Source: Gemmatimonadales bacterium
Lineage (GTDB): Bacteria > Krumholzibacteriota > Krumholzibacteriia > LZORAL124-64-63
Direction: 5' to 3'
NCBI GenBank assembly: GCA_019038745.1
Contig: JAHOYV010000046.1
Span: 32,431 to 96,430, forward strand
DNA length: 64,000 nucleotides
Both the position numbers and the translations under genes were made by a program. Position 1 is the first letter of the stretch. Each line of letters starts with the position of its first letter. The notes below the pieces were generated by a model. The model was not told the origin of the DNA and ran no database searches. It worked only from the letters and a program-made list of their open reading frames with translations. Positions 48,418 through 59,266 of this stretch are shown piece by piece.

Positions 48418-48781
48418 GCCGCGTGGGAGATCCTTTTTGGGTTGCGCCACCCCGGTCACTCATATTTTGTTGAATATCCAAAGGAAAATCATATAAAGAG
48501 TTCTTCCCCCGGGGGAACATCGGCGGGGGAAATGGTGCCGGCCTCGAAGGACATTGAAAAATGGGACCAGGCCCACGTTCAAAAACAACTTGGAACAATA
48601 ACTTTTCAAAAACCATGAATAACTCCACCTGTACCTTGGACAAAGATCCTACGCGGGCTATCTTCAGACCTGATGGTCATCGCCTGTTTCTGTTTTCGCG
48701 ATGATTCTGAAACGACTCCGACAGGACGGATCGACACGCGATTTCCCTGGCGGGCCGCAATCTATGAGTAAGGAGGTTGTC

Positions 48782-49981
48782 ATGAAAACCGAGAAGCTGG
48801 TTCAGATCGAGGATCATTACGGAGCGAACAATTACCACCCATTGGACATCGTCATCAAGAAGGCCGAGGGGGTTTGGGTCGAAGATGTCGAAGGCAACCG
48901 CTTCATGGATTTCCTGGCCGCGTACAGCGCCGTAAACCAGGGCCATTGTCATCCCCGGCTGTTGAAAGCACTTCGTAGCCAGGCAGGTAAGGTAACCCTG
49001 ACCAGCCGCGCCTTTCGCAACGACCAACTCCCGCTTTTCTGTCAGGAAGTATGCGAGCTCACGGACTTTGAAAAAGTCCTGCCCATGAATTCGGGGGCCG
49101 AGGCCGTTGAGACCGCCATCAAGGCCGCCCGCAAGTGGGGCGAGAAGGTCAAGGGAATCGCCAAGAACAAGGCCGAAATCATTGTCTGCGCCGATAATTT
49201 CCACGGCCGCACCACGACCATCGTCGGCTTCTCGACCGAGGATCAGTACAAGGACGGCTTCGGCCCCTTCACTCCCGGCTTCAAGGTCATTCCCTTCGGC
49301 GACTACAAGGCGCTGGAAAAGACCATCAACAAGAACACGGCCGCCTTCATGGTCGAGCCCGTGCAGGGCGAAGCCGGCATCAATATTCCGCCCAAGGGTT
49401 TCCTGAAGAAGGCAGCGGCACTGTGCAAGAAAAACAACGTACTGCTGATCGCCGATGAGATCCAATCCGGCTTGGGACGAACCGGCAAGATGTTCGCTTT
49501 CGAGCATGAGGACATCAAACCCGACGCGGTGATCATCGGTAAGGCCCTCAGTGGCGGGTTCTATCCCGTTTCGGCCTTCCTGAGCAATGCAGAGGTAATG
49601 GCTGTTTTCAACCCCGGCGACCATGGCTCGACTTTCGGGGGCAACCCGCTGGGCATGGCCGTCGCTCGCGAGGCATTGAAAGTCCTTGTCGAGGAAAAAC
49701 TGGTTCAGAACAGCGCCAAGCTCGGCCCCTGGTTCATGGAGCAGTTGGGAAACATGAAGTTCAAGAGCATCAAGAAAGTGCGGGGCCGTGGCCTGTTCAT
49801 AGGCTTGGTGCTGAACCGTCCCGCTCGGCCCTACTGTGAGGCCCTGATGGCTGAAGGAATGTTGTGTAAGGAAACGCACGAGAACGTCATCCGTTTTGCC
49901 CCGCCGCTGGTCGTAACCAAACGGGAACTGAACATGGCTCTGCGCCGGGTGGAGAAAGTGTTCAAAAAGCTGGATGGTTGA
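48782..49981 (+). CDS. rocD: Ornithine--oxo-acid transaminase
   Basis: ANNYHPL, AYSAVNQGHCHP, LTSRAF, ADEIQSGLGRTG, GKALSGG, HGSTFGGNPL; AGGAGG RBS. Confidence 0.95.
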   Translation: MKTEKLVQIEDHYGANNYHPLDIVIKKAEGVWVEDVEGNRFMDFLAAYSAVNQGHCHPRLLKALRSQAGKVTLTSRAFRNDQLPLFCQEVCELTDFEKVLPMNSGAEAVETAIKAARKWGEKVKGIAKNKAEIIVCADNFHGRTTTIVGFSTEDQYKDGFGPFTPGFKVIPFGDYKALEKTINKNTAAFMVEPVQGEAGINIPPKGFLKKAAALCKKNNVLLIADEIQSGLGRTGKMFAFEHEDIKPDAVIIGKALSGGFYPVSAFLSNAEVMAVFNPGDHGSTFGGNPLGMAVAREALKVLVEEKLVQNSAKLGPWFMEQLGNMKFKSIKKVRGRGLFIGLVLNRPARPYCEALMAEGMLCKETHENVIRFAPPLVVTKRELNMALRRVEKVFKKLDG

Positions 49982-50014
49982 TCGGGGGTTTCCCGAATAT
50001 TATTTTGCGAAGCG

Positions 50015-50042
50015 GGCCCGGGGCAAACGCCTCGGGCCTTTT
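50015..50042 (+). terminator. Intrinsic terminator after rocD
   Basis: GGCCCGGGGC-AAAC-GCCTCGGGCC-TTTT. Confidence 0.65.
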
Positions 50043-50099
50043 AGGTTTTGGCAACTCAATAGAATCCTGAAGGGCCGAAGCAAATTATGCGGGGGGACA

Positions 50100-51911
50100 T
50101 TATTTCCTGCGCCGGTTGCGACGACCGGTAGTTCCACTCCGGGTGGGAGCGGCGGCTTTGGCACGAGGCGAAATTCGGCGCTTACCCTCCCTCGAACCCT
50201 TGCGGATTCGTTCCTGGTTGATGAGCCCTTTCTCGACCAGAATGTCCTTCTGGGCCTGCTTCCTGCCGGGATCGCGCTCGACGAAAATCTCCTCGCCCGT
50301 GAACGGATCCTTGCCCGTCAGATACATAACCGCCGACCATGACGAAGGCAGGGGCGTAAAGATCTGAACCTGCTCGGGGTTCAACTTCAGCCGCTCGGAA
50401 ACGAAATCCTTGGCTTGGCGCATGTCGTTTTCCCGGCAACCAGGATGGGCGGCGATCATGTAGTAGGTAAGGAACTGTTTACGGCCCGCAACCCGACTTG
50501 CCTCCAGAAACCGGCGACGGAACTCCACCAGGCTGCCGACCCCCGGCTTACCCATCCTCTTCAACACATGATCCACGCTGTGCTCGGGAGCCAGCTTCAA
50601 TTGCCCCGAGACGTGGTGCCCAGCCAGTTGTTTCAGGTAACGACCTCCGTTCTTCCGATCCGCCAAAACCATGTCGTGGCGAATGCCCGAGGCTACGAAG
50701 ACTTTCTTGACTCCTTTCACCTTCCTCATTTTTTCCAGAAGGCGGATCTGCCGGGAATGGTCCGGCTTCAGGGTGGGGCAAACGGTTGGATCAACACAGC
50801 GCTTATCCAGACAGGGCCCCTTGGCCAATTTCTTGGCGCATTCGAAACCGTACATATTGGCCGTGGGTCCACCCACGTCCATGATATTTCCCTTGAAGTC
50901 AGCAAGGGCTGCAATCTCCCCGGTCTCCTTGATCAGGGATTCCTCGCTACGCCAACGCACCGTTTGTCCCTGATGCACGGCGATGGAGCAGAAATTGCAC
51001 TCACCGTAGCAACCGCGCAAAGCGGGCAGGGAAAAGCGGATCGTATCCAGAGCCCGCACCTCGCTGTTTTTCCCGTGGAAGGGATGCAAGGATCGCTCGA
51101 ACGGCAACTCGTGTACATGGTCCAACTCGGCTTGCGTCAGAAAATCAGCAGGGCGATTCTGCACCAGCCAGCGATCGCCGTGCTGCTGACAGAGGGGTCG
51201 CGCCGAGATGGGTTCATTGTTGTTGTAGAAGGTTCGGAACATCTCGGTAAAAGCCGTGTGGTCGGAGGCGCAATCCTCGTGTGAAGGAAGTTGCAAACAT
51301 TCAAGCGGTGGTTGTTTGGCTATGTGACATAGGCCGGAGATCGTAGTCGGGTCACCGCCGGCGGCAAGGGTTCGGGTCAACTCCAGGGTGGCGTTCTCCC
51401 CCATCCCGTAGACCAGGATATCGGCCTTGGCATCGAAGAGAACCGAACGCCGCACCTTGTTGGACCAGAAGTCGTAGTGCGAAATACGGCGCAGGCTGGC
51501 CTCGACCCCGCCCAGAACTATGGGAGCCGTTTGAGAAAAGTAACGCCGGACCAGGTTGGTATAGACGATCACTGCCCTGTCGGGCCGTTGGTCGTTGACT
51601 CCGCCGGGGGTGTAGTCGTCTTTGCGCCGACGCTTTTTAAGAGCCGTGTAATTGGCCACCATCGAATCTACGCCCCCGCCGCTAACACCCCAGAACAGGC
51701 GGGGTTCGCCCAGGCGGCCGATGTCCTTGTCGGAGGAAATATCAGGCTGACCGATTACCCCTACCCGGAAGCCGGCATCAACCAGCAGATGCCCGATAAT
51801 GGACACTCCGATGTAAGGGCTGTCGATATAGGCGTCACCGTTGACCAGGATTACATCCAGTTCATCCCAGCCCAGGATCTGCATTTCCTTGCGGGTTGTT
51901 GGTAGGAACAT
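50100..51911 (-). CDS. ygiQ: YgiQ-family radical SAM protein
   Basis: MFLPTT, GDAYID, GGVEASLRR, CYGECNFC, GGPTANMY, QVQIFTP. Confidence 0.93.
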   Translation of the reverse strand: MFLPTTRKEMQILGWDELDVILVNGDAYIDSPYIGVSIIGHLLVDAGFRVGVIGQPDISSDKDIGRLGEPRLFWGVSGGGVDSMVANYTALKKRRRKDDYTPGGVNDQRPDRAVIVYTNLVRRYFSQTAPIVLGGVEASLRRISHYDFWSNKVRRSVLFDAKADILVYGMGENATLELTRTLAAGGDPTTISGLCHIAKQPPLECLQLPSHEDCASDHTAFTEMFRTFYNNNEPISARPLCQQHGDRWLVQNRPADFLTQAELDHVHELPFERSLHPFHGKNSEVRALDTIRFSLPALRGCYGECNFCSIAVHQGQTVRWRSEESLIKETGEIAALADFKGNIMDVGGPTANMYGFECAKKLAKGPCLDKRCVDPTVCPTLKPDHSRQIRLLEKMRKVKGVKKVFVASGIRHDMVLADRKNGGRYLKQLAGHHVSGQLKLAPEHSVDHVLKRMGKPGVGSLVEFRRRFLEASRVAGRKQFLTYYMIAAHPGCRENDMRQAKDFVSERLKLNPEQVQIFTPLPSSWSAVMYLTGKDPFTGEEIFVERDPGRKQAQKDILVEKGLINQERIRKGSREGKRRISPRAKAAAPTRSGTTGRRNRRRK

Positions 51912-51912
51912 T

Positions 51913-53256
51913 TCAGCTTTCCAGGGTTGTCAGAACGGATCGGGCCGCAGCTTCGCCACCGACCCAACCGGTGGAAAAGGCAGCCATCAGGTTGAACCCG
52001 CCTGTATCGGCATCCACATCCAGCAATTCCCCCATGATATACAGCCCGGGCACAAGACGCGACTCCATACTGTGGGGATCCACCTCCTTCGTGTCCACGC
52101 CGCCGGCAGTAACAATGGCCTCTGGAAAACCGCCGAATCCCGTGATGGGAAATCTCCAATCCTTCAACCAATCCCTTAAAACACGCCGCTCGGGACCGGT
52201 GATCTGATGACAGGGCTTGCCCAAAGGTAAGCTGCAGATCCTCTCCGCCGTCGGCAGGAGCTCCCGGGGCAAAAGGCCTGCCAGCAGATCGCCCCAGGTA
52301 GCATTGTCCCGGCTGTCAAGATCCCGGATCAGGCGGGCATCCAGCTTCTTCACATCCAGGGCCGGTTTCAGATCCACGGCTAATTCCAGGTCGGGTTGCG
52401 GTGACTTCTTTCCGTCCAGGGCCGCCACAACCACTCGGCTGATCTCCAGAACCACCGGGCCGCCCAGGCCAGTTTTTGTGAAATGAAGTTCTCCAAAATG
52501 ACGGCTGTGAGTTTTTCCATTTATGCGTAGGGTTGTCCCCACGTTGCGCAGTTTCAGATCGGAAACACCGCTCGGTGGCGCACCCTCGGCCTTAAGCGGC
52601 ACCAGGGACGGCCTGGTCCGGATAATTTTGTGGCCCAGGTTTTCGGCTTCGAAGTGACCGTCTCCGGTAGAACCTGTTGTGGGATAGGATTTCCCCCCGG
52701 TGGCCAAAAGAATCGCCGTGGCTGCCAGCTTGGTCGCACCGCAGTCACCCCCGCTGCCCGCCTTGCCGTGTTCACTGAAAAGATCGTAATGCAGACCTCT
52801 GACCCTGCCGTGGCTGCAGTCCAACCCGCGGACATGGGCGCCGGTGATCACGCGAACACCCAACCCTCGTGCCCAGGCCTCGAGAATCTCAGCCACCGCG
52901 ACGGCGCTGCCGTCCGCCGGAAAGATCCGGCCGCCGCGTTCGACTACCGTGGGCAGATCCAGGTTGTTCAGCAATTCCAGAAGGTCTTCGGTGAAGAAGC
53001 GGCTGAAGGTCTGGTGGAGGAAGCGGCCGCTTCGATTGAAATGTTTGATGAATTCATTGGCAGGCAGAGTATTGGATAGGTTGCAGCGTCCCTTGCCGCT
53101 GATCCGGATCTTGCGGCCGACCTGGCGCATCCGCTCCAGCAGGACAACTTCGACTTCCCGTTCGCGACCCGCCTCGCGAACCAACTCGGCGGCCCGGCCG
53201 GCAGCCAAAAGCCCCGCGGCTCCGGCTCCGACAATGATGATGCGAGGGGAATCCAC
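51913..53256 (-). CDS. HI0933/YhiN-family flavoprotein (second paralog)
   Basis: VGAGAAG, ISGKGRCN, ATGGKSYPTTGSTGDG, VTAGGV, TGGFNL. Confidence 0.93.
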   Translation of the reverse strand: MDSPRIIIVGAGAAGLLAAGRAAELVREAGREREVEVVLLERMRQVGRKIRISGKGRCNLSNTLPANEFIKHFNRSGRFLHQTFSRFFTEDLLELLNNLDLPTVVERGGRIFPADGSAVAVAEILEAWARGLGVRVITGAHVRGLDCSHGRVRGLHYDLFSEHGKAGSGGDCGATKLAATAILLATGGKSYPTTGSTGDGHFEAENLGHKIIRTRPSLVPLKAEGAPPSGVSDLKLRNVGTTLRINGKTHSRHFGELHFTKTGLGGPVVLEISRVVVAALDGKKSPQPDLELAVDLKPALDVKKLDARLIRDLDSRDNATWGDLLAGLLPRELLPTAERICSLPLGKPCHQITGPERRVLRDWLKDWRFPITGFGGFPEAIVTAGGVDTKEVDPHSMESRLVPGLYIMGELLDVDADTGGFNLMAAFSTGWVGGEAAARSVLTTLES

Positions 53257-53468
53257 GGGGAGGACCTCTATCCAAGTTAAGGGCCGGATTGAGTGCCGAG
53301 ACGAGTTTTAGCACAGGTGCGAGCCCATTCTGCCAATTCGAGGGTTTGGAGTCAACTCGGCTTCCAATACTCAGCTTCCAATATTACCAAAGTGAAATCA
53401 AAAGACTATATTCATATCATTGCAACACTAACGGTCTAATGACAATACTCCCCCTCCAAGGAGCCACA

Positions 53469-54935
53469 ATGAAGCTGCGATCCTTCCTTGGCCTGCTCAT
53501 TCTTCCCAGCCTGCTGTTCCTTGCCTCCTGCGCCACAACATTCACTGTGGAGAAAACAATGTCCCACGAAGCGCTGTCCCCCGATCCCGGACCCCAAGCA
53601 GAACCTGCGCCCGTGAAAGCGGATCCGGTCCTTGAGGCCCTTCTGGACTCAGCCCTGGCCGATGGCTACACCTACGACAAGTTGGGCGAGCTGTGCGATG
53701 TGATCGGGCATCGACTGGTGGGATCACCGGGCATGAAGCGGGCCATCGAGTGGTCGGTACGTTCGATGGAGGAAGCCGGATTCGACAGTGTCTGGACCGA
53801 GCCCGTCACCGTACCCTACTGGACCCGCGGCAATGAATGGGCCCGCTGCACCGCGCCGACCGAGTTCGACCTGGATATCTCCGGCATGGGATTGAGCGAT
53901 GGAACCGGTTCGGAAAATCCCAATGGGATCGAGGCCGAGATCCTGGCCGTGCGCGACTTCGACGAGTTGGAGGCGCGGGCCGATGAGGCCGTCGGGAAAA
54001 TCGTTTTGTTCAACCCACCCTGGGAGGGCTATGGGAAAACCGTTCAGTATCGAGTGCACGGCGCCAGCAGGGCGGCCAAACACGGAGCCGTGGCCGCGCT
54101 GATCCGCTCGGTAACCGGGGTCAGCCTGGGCGCTCCACATACCGGGATGATGCACTACGCCGAAGATGTCCCCCGGATCCCGATCGCGGCCCTGACCGTT
54201 GAGGACGCCGGTCGTCTGTTCCGCCTGGCTCGCCGCGGCCTGAAACCACGGGTCAGACTCTACATGGAGGCCGAAAACCATGACGATACAATCAGTTACA
54301 ATGTAATCGGTGATATCCGCGGCCGGGAAAAGCCCGAGGAGATTGTCCTGTTGGGAGGCCATCTAGATTCCTGGGACGTGGGCACCTGCGCCCACGACGA
54401 TGGAGCCGGCGTGGCCCTGGCCATGGGTGCGGCACGACATATTCTGCAACAAGGCCTGCGCCCGCGCCGTACAGTGCGGGTTGTTCATTTCACATGCGAA
54501 GAAATGGGTGGGGTCGGTGGACAGGCTTATCTGGAAGCCCACCGCGCCGAGTTGGACGATCACATCCTGGCCCTTGAAAGCGATTCGGGTGCTTTTGCCC
54601 CTCGCGGCTTCAGCGTTCAGGCCGACAGTATCGTGATCCGCACCATAGCCAACCTGGCTGCACCCCTGGCCCGAGTCGCCCCTGATGACTGGATTGTCTC
54701 CAAAGGCGGCTCCGGAGTCGACGTCGGCCCGATAGTGCGCGAGGGAGTTCCGGGCGTCGGCCACCGGGTCGAGCATTCCCGTTACTTTGATGTCCACCAC
54801 AGCCTGGCCGACACCTTCGAGAAGATCGACCCTGATCTCCTGGCCAGAAACGTCGCCGTCATCGCCGGCCTGGTCTACACCGTTGCCGAGAACCCTGCTT
54901 CCCTGGGAAGCGATCCCTCTGTTGGAGGTCCTTGA
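53469..54935 (+). CDS. M28 metallopeptidase (carboxypeptidase Q-like) lipoprotein
   Basis: Lipobox LASC; GGHLDSWD, AHDDGAG, CEE, ESDSG, HHSLADT. Confidence 0.9.
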   Translation: MKLRSFLGLLILPSLLFLASCATTFTVEKTMSHEALSPDPGPQAEPAPVKADPVLEALLDSALADGYTYDKLGELCDVIGHRLVGSPGMKRAIEWSVRSMEEAGFDSVWTEPVTVPYWTRGNEWARCTAPTEFDLDISGMGLSDGTGSENPNGIEAEILAVRDFDELEARADEAVGKIVLFNPPWEGYGKTVQYRVHGASRAAKHGAVAALIRSVTGVSLGAPHTGMMHYAEDVPRIPIAALTVEDAGRLFRLARRGLKPRVRLYMEAENHDDTISYNVIGDIRGREKPEEIVLLGGHLDSWDVGTCAHDDGAGVALAMGAARHILQQGLRPRRTVRVVHFTCEEMGGVGGQAYLEAHRAELDDHILALESDSGAFAPRGFSVQADSIVIRTIANLAAPLARVAPDDWIVSKGGSGVDVGPIVREGVPGVGHRVEHSRYFDVHHSLADTFEKIDPDLLARNVAVIAGLVYTVAENPASLGSDPSVGGP

Positions 54936-57900
54936 TGCTGACCCTACCCTTCCGTCATTTTACATCCCTTGCCGTGCTGCTCCTTCTCCTGGTGTCGATT
55001 GCCTGCCTGGCCGACGATTTGGCCCAGGGTGAGCCCGATAACCAGGATATGCGCCTTTTGCGCTTCCCCGATATCCACGGGGACAACGTGATCTTCACCT
55101 ACGCGGGTGATTTGTGGACCGTCTCGGCCCAGGGCGGCACCGCCCATAGGCTGACAGCATCGATCGGCTACCAAAGTCAACCCAAGTTCAGCCCGGACGG
55201 GCAAGCCATCGCCTTCTCCGGCAACTACGACGGCAATGATGATGTATACGTCATCGACGCCCAGGGCGGGGAACCCGTTCGCCTGACCTGGCATCCGGGC
55301 TGGGATCGCGTGATCGACTGGCAACCCGACGGGAAGAGCGTGCGTTTTCAATCCCCCCGCCGGAGCATGACCGGTCGTGATCTCCAGCTTTACAGCGTAG
55401 CCGTCGGTGGCGGCCTGCCGGAAAAAATCATCCTGCCCACGGCCGGCCTTTCCAGCTACTCGCCCGACGGGAACCGGATCGCCTACAACCGCATCACCCG
55501 AGAGGATCGCACCTGGAAGCGGTACAAAGGGGGTATGGCCCAGGATATCTGGATCTACGACTTCAACAAAAACGACACGCAGAAGATGACCGACTGGATC
55601 GGCAGCGACAATTTCCCCATGTGGCACGGCGAAACCCTCTACTACAACAGCGATCAGACGGGCCGCCTGCAGATATGGGCCCTGGACCTGGCGTCGTCGG
55701 AAAACCCACAGCCCCGACAAGTCACTTTCCATGACGAATACGACGTCAAGCGCCCCAGCATGGGACCGGACGCCATTGTGTATGAGAACGGCGGTTGGCT
55801 GTACGTGTTGAATCTGGCCACCGAGCAGACACGCAGGCTGAAGATCGCCCTGCACAGCGACAACATCCACACGCGGCCCTTGATCAAGAAGGTGGGCCAG
55901 ATGGTCCGCTCGGCCGCCATTTCGCCGGATGCAAAGCGTGTGATCGTCTCGGCGCGGGGCGATGTTTTCACCGTCCCCGCTGAAAAAGGCAACATCCGCA
56001 ATCTGACGACCACTACGGGCATCCTTGAGCGGGACCCGGTCTGGTCACCGGACGGAAAGCAGGTAGCCTACCTAAGCGACCGCACCGGCGAGTACGAAAT
56101 CTGGCTCCGGTCATCCGACGGCAAGGGCGAGGAAAAACAGCTAACCAAGGGTACCGAATCCTGGAAATTCTCCCTTTCCTGGTCACCTGACAGCAAACAC
56201 CTGTTGATGAACGACGCCCGCATGAACCTGTGGATCGTGGACGCCCAGAGCGGCAAAATGAAACGCATCGCCCGGAGTGTCAGCGGTGAAATCCATGGCT
56301 TCGACTGGAGTCCGCACAGTGGCTGGGTGGCCTACTCTATGGGCGAGGAAAACGGGTTCCATTCAATTTTCCTGTACAACGTGGCCGACGATAAGTCACA
56401 TCGCGTGACCAGCGATTTCACAAGCGACACCGCGCCCTGCTTCGACGACGAAGGCAATTACCTTTTCTTCGCCTCAGGCCGCCACTTCAACCCCACCATC
56501 GGCGGCTTCGACCTGAAGCCCGTTTGGGCCAACATGGACGGACTTTACGTCCTTACCCTGCGCGAGGATGTGGAAAACCCGTTCCCCCCGGAAAGTGACG
56601 AAGTGGGAACCGCCGAAGACGATGAAAAAGACGAGGAAGAGAACGGCGACGAGGGCGACAATGACAACGAAGAGGAAAAAGAGGACGAAAAACCCATCGA
56701 GATCGACCTGAAAGGCCTGGCCGACCGCATGGTCGAGCTGAACGTCGGTCCGGGCAACTACTCAAGCCTGGCCTTTAGCGGAGGCAAGCTTTTCTACATG
56801 AGCCGCCCCTTCACTCCCGGTGGCGGCCGCGGCAACAACCAGGCCGTCAGTTCCATCAAACTTTTCGACATGGAAGAGCGCGAGGAAAAGACTGTTCTTG
56901 AAAAAGCCAACGGTTTCGACCTCGCGGCCGATGGAAAAAAGCTGCTGTACGCGGACGGTAACTCCTTCGGCATCATCGATGCGGAGGAGGACCAGAAACC
57001 GGCGGAGGATCTCCTGCGGATCGGCGAAATCCAGATCCGGGTCGACCCGCGCAGGGAATGGGCCCAGATGTTCCGTGACGGTTGGCAGCAGGAACGCGAT
57101 TTCTTCTACGATCCGGGAATGCACGGTGTGGACTGGAAACACATGTACCAGCGATACGCACAGTTGATTCCCTACGTGGCCCACAGTCTGGATTTCAGCT
57201 ATGTAATAGGAGAATTGCTCGGTGAATTGAACTGTTCCCACAGCTACGTACGAACCGGAGATGTGCCCCGGCCAGAGAATATCGGCACCGGCCTGCTCGG
57301 CTGTGATTTTTCCCTGGACGCCAAAACCGGGCGCTATCGCTTCGATCGTATCTTTAGTGATCGCGACTGGAATTCCGGCACCGAGACACCCCTGCACGTC
57401 CCGGGAAACGAGGTAGCCGAAGGCGACTACCTCCTGTCTGTCGATGGGGTCGAACTTCAGGCCGGCATGAATCCTTTCAGCCTTTTTGAGAACAAGGTCG
57501 GCAAGCAGGTTGTGTTGAAGATCGCAGCCAAGGCCGGCGGCAAGGACAGCCGGGAAATCACCGTTGAACCGGTGGCCCATGAGTTCAATTTGCGCTACGA
57601 AGCCTGGGTCCAGGACAACCGTCGCAAGGTGGATGAATGGTCCAACGGAAAAATCGGCTACCTGCACATGCCCAACACGGCGGTCGGCGGGCAACAGGGC
57701 TTCGCCAAGGGGTACTACCCCAACCTGCGCAAGGAAGGCTTGATCATCGATGAACGCTACAACGGCGGCGGTTTCATCCCCACCTTCTTCTTCAATATCC
57801 TGAACCAGAAACTGGTCAACCTGTGGAAACCCCGTCACGGTCAGGATTGGCGCGCGCCGGGATCCACCTTCGCCGGTCACCTGGCCATGGTCAGCAACGG

Positions 57901-58252
57901 CTATGCTGGCAGCGGCGGCGATGCCCTTCCCTACTACTTCAAGTACTACGAATTGGGTCCGGTGATAGGGATGCGCACCTGGGGAGGTCTGGTCGGCTAC
58001 ACCCGCAACATCCGCCTGATGGATGGCGGCAACCTCACCTTCCCCGAATTCGGCCTGTTCGATATGAACGGCGAGTGGGATGTGGAAAACTACGGAGTGG
58101 ATCCCACTATCGAGGTGGACAACCTGCCACACGAGGTCATCCTGGGGAAGGATCCACAGTTGAAGAAAACCGTGGAGTATCTCCTGCAGAAGATCGCCGA
58201 CGAGCCCGTGGAGGTTCCGACGATCCAAAAATTCCCCACAGATCGAAACTAG
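54935..58252 (+). CDS. Tricorn protease (S41 family)
   Basis: LLRFPDI, PD40 propeller repeats, PDZ, DERYNGGG, catalytic GSGGD, RTWGG; acidic insertion loop. Confidence 0.95.
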   Translation: MLTLPFRHFTSLAVLLLLLVSIACLADDLAQGEPDNQDMRLLRFPDIHGDNVIFTYAGDLWTVSAQGGTAHRLTASIGYQSQPKFSPDGQAIAFSGNYDGNDDVYVIDAQGGEPVRLTWHPGWDRVIDWQPDGKSVRFQSPRRSMTGRDLQLYSVAVGGGLPEKIILPTAGLSSYSPDGNRIAYNRITREDRTWKRYKGGMAQDIWIYDFNKNDTQKMTDWIGSDNFPMWHGETLYYNSDQTGRLQIWALDLASSENPQPRQVTFHDEYDVKRPSMGPDAIVYENGGWLYVLNLATEQTRRLKIALHSDNIHTRPLIKKVGQMVRSAAISPDAKRVIVSARGDVFTVPAEKGNIRNLTTTTGILERDPVWSPDGKQVAYLSDRTGEYEIWLRSSDGKGEEKQLTKGTESWKFSLSWSPDSKHLLMNDARMNLWIVDAQSGKMKRIARSVSGEIHGFDWSPHSGWVAYSMGEENGFHSIFLYNVADDKSHRVTSDFTSDTAPCFDDEGNYLFFASGRHFNPTIGGFDLKPVWANMDGLYVLTLREDVENPFPPESDEVGTAEDDEKDEEENGDEGDNDNEEEKEDEKPIEIDLKGLADRMVELNVGPGNYSSLAFSGGKLFYMSRPFTPGGGRGNNQAVSSIKLFDMEEREEKTVLEKANGFDLAADGKKLLYADGNSFGIIDAEEDQKPAEDLLRIGEIQIRVDPRREWAQMFRDGWQQERDFFYDPGMHGVDWKHMYQRYAQLIPYVAHSLDFSYVIGELLGELNCSHSYVRTGDVPRPENIGTGLLGCDFSLDAKTGRYRFDRIFSDRDWNSGTETPLHVPGNEVAEGDYLLSVDGVELQAGMNPFSLFENKVGKQVVLKIAAKAGGKDSREITVEPVAHEFNLRYEAWVQDNRRKVDEWSNGKIGYLHMPNTAVGGQQGFAKGYYPNLRKEGLIIDERYNGGGFIPTFFFNILNQKLVNLWKPRHGQDWRAPGSTFAGHLAMVSNGYAGSGGDALPYYFKYYELGPVIGMRTWGGLVGYTRNIRLMDGGNLTFPEFGLFDMNGEWDVENYGVDPTIEVDNLPHEVILGKDPQLKKTVEYLLQKIADEPVEVPTIQKFPTDRN

Positions 58253-58286
58253 TTTTCCGCCCTCGGGCAATGGAACTGGTCTCGAC

Positions 58287-58322
58287 CCAAAAGCGCCGCT
58301 CCCCGGGGGGCGGCGCTTTTGG
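58287..58322. terminator. Bidirectional intrinsic terminator
   Basis: CCAAAAGCGCCGCTCC...GGGGCGGCGCTTTTGG between convergent genes. Confidence 0.8.
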
Positions 58323-58355
58323 CCAACATCAACTTGGGGCTGACGTTGCCGGGCG

Positions 58356-59171
58356 TTAGAAGTGGCAAGCTACCGCCACACCGGTCGCCATGGGAATCAG
58401 GCGCCAGGTCGTGAACGGAGCAATTTTATTATCCACCTCATTCACCCCATTGACCCTGCTATTGCTCCTGCCGTCGGGATTCCCAACAGCCCAACCAATC
58501 GCCCAACCGACCGTCGCTCCAAATACCACATCGGAAGCGTAATGTTCGCGATCCGCCATCCTGCCCATCCCGGTCCAGACGCCTGCGGCCACCGCGGCTA
58601 TCCCGGCGTACGACCCACAATGCCGCCACACTACCGCAGCAGTAGCGAAAGCCCCCGAAGTGTGGCCCGAAGGAAAAGAATAATCCTCCCCGCTGGGCCG
58701 GGTGCGATTGGCGGCAATCTTGATCGCCCCTGTTGTCCCGTAATTCCATACCAGTGCATGGAAAGCATCATGGCCCATGGAAGCGAATCGATTCTGCCCG
58801 TTCCGAGAACCCAACCCTCGAGAGGCCAGACCCCAGGTGACCAACGCCAAAGGAGCCTGAACCCTTGGGTCCCCCCAAATATTGCCGGCGTCGGAAAGAG
58901 TGCGGGTCCAGCCGCCATCAAGGGCTCGTTCGATGCCATCGGGATCCTCGAATTCATGGATGATCAGCGCCAAGCCTCCTCCACCAGCCAACCACACGAA
59001 ACTTTCCCTGTTGACCAGACTATTCAGATCTTCATACCAGGCGGACCGCCACCCATCCCCCGCCGCCCCGGCAGGGCTTGCCACAAGAGTCACCGTACAC
59101 CAGGAAACAAGAATGAGAATAAACAGCATTCCCTCAAAACGTTGATTGATTCGGTAAACAAAGGCTTTCAT
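58356..59171 (-). CDS. PAP2-family phosphatase-like protein
   Basis: K..ANRTRP, SFPSGH, GRM...HYASDV; start uncertain. Confidence 0.85.
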   Translation of the reverse strand: MKAFVYRINQRFEGMLFILILVSWCTVTLVASPAGAAGDGWRSAWYEDLNSLVNRESFVWLAGGGGLALIIHEFEDPDGIERALDGGWTRTLSDAGNIWGDPRVQAPLALVTWGLASRGLGSRNGQNRFASMGHDAFHALVWNYGTTGAIKIAANRTRPSGEDYSFPSGHTSGAFATAAVVWRHCGSYAGIAAVAAGVWTGMGRMADREHYASDVVFGATVGWAIGWAVGNPDGRSNSRVNGVNEVDNKIAPFTTWRLIPMATGVAVACHF

Positions 59172-59266
59172 AAAATTTCTTTCGCAGGTTGAGGCGGTTT
59201 CACCGGTTGAAGCTTCCATCGGTGAGAGGGTCCCGGTATTCTCCGTCCATACTGAAAGGAAATCGT

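Noticed and set aside
48677-49879. 400-aa minus-strand ORF
   Set aside because: Antisense shadow of rocD.
56762-58270. 502-aa minus-strand ORF
   Set aside because: Antisense shadow of the tricorn protease gene; typical of high-GC codon bias, with no motifs.
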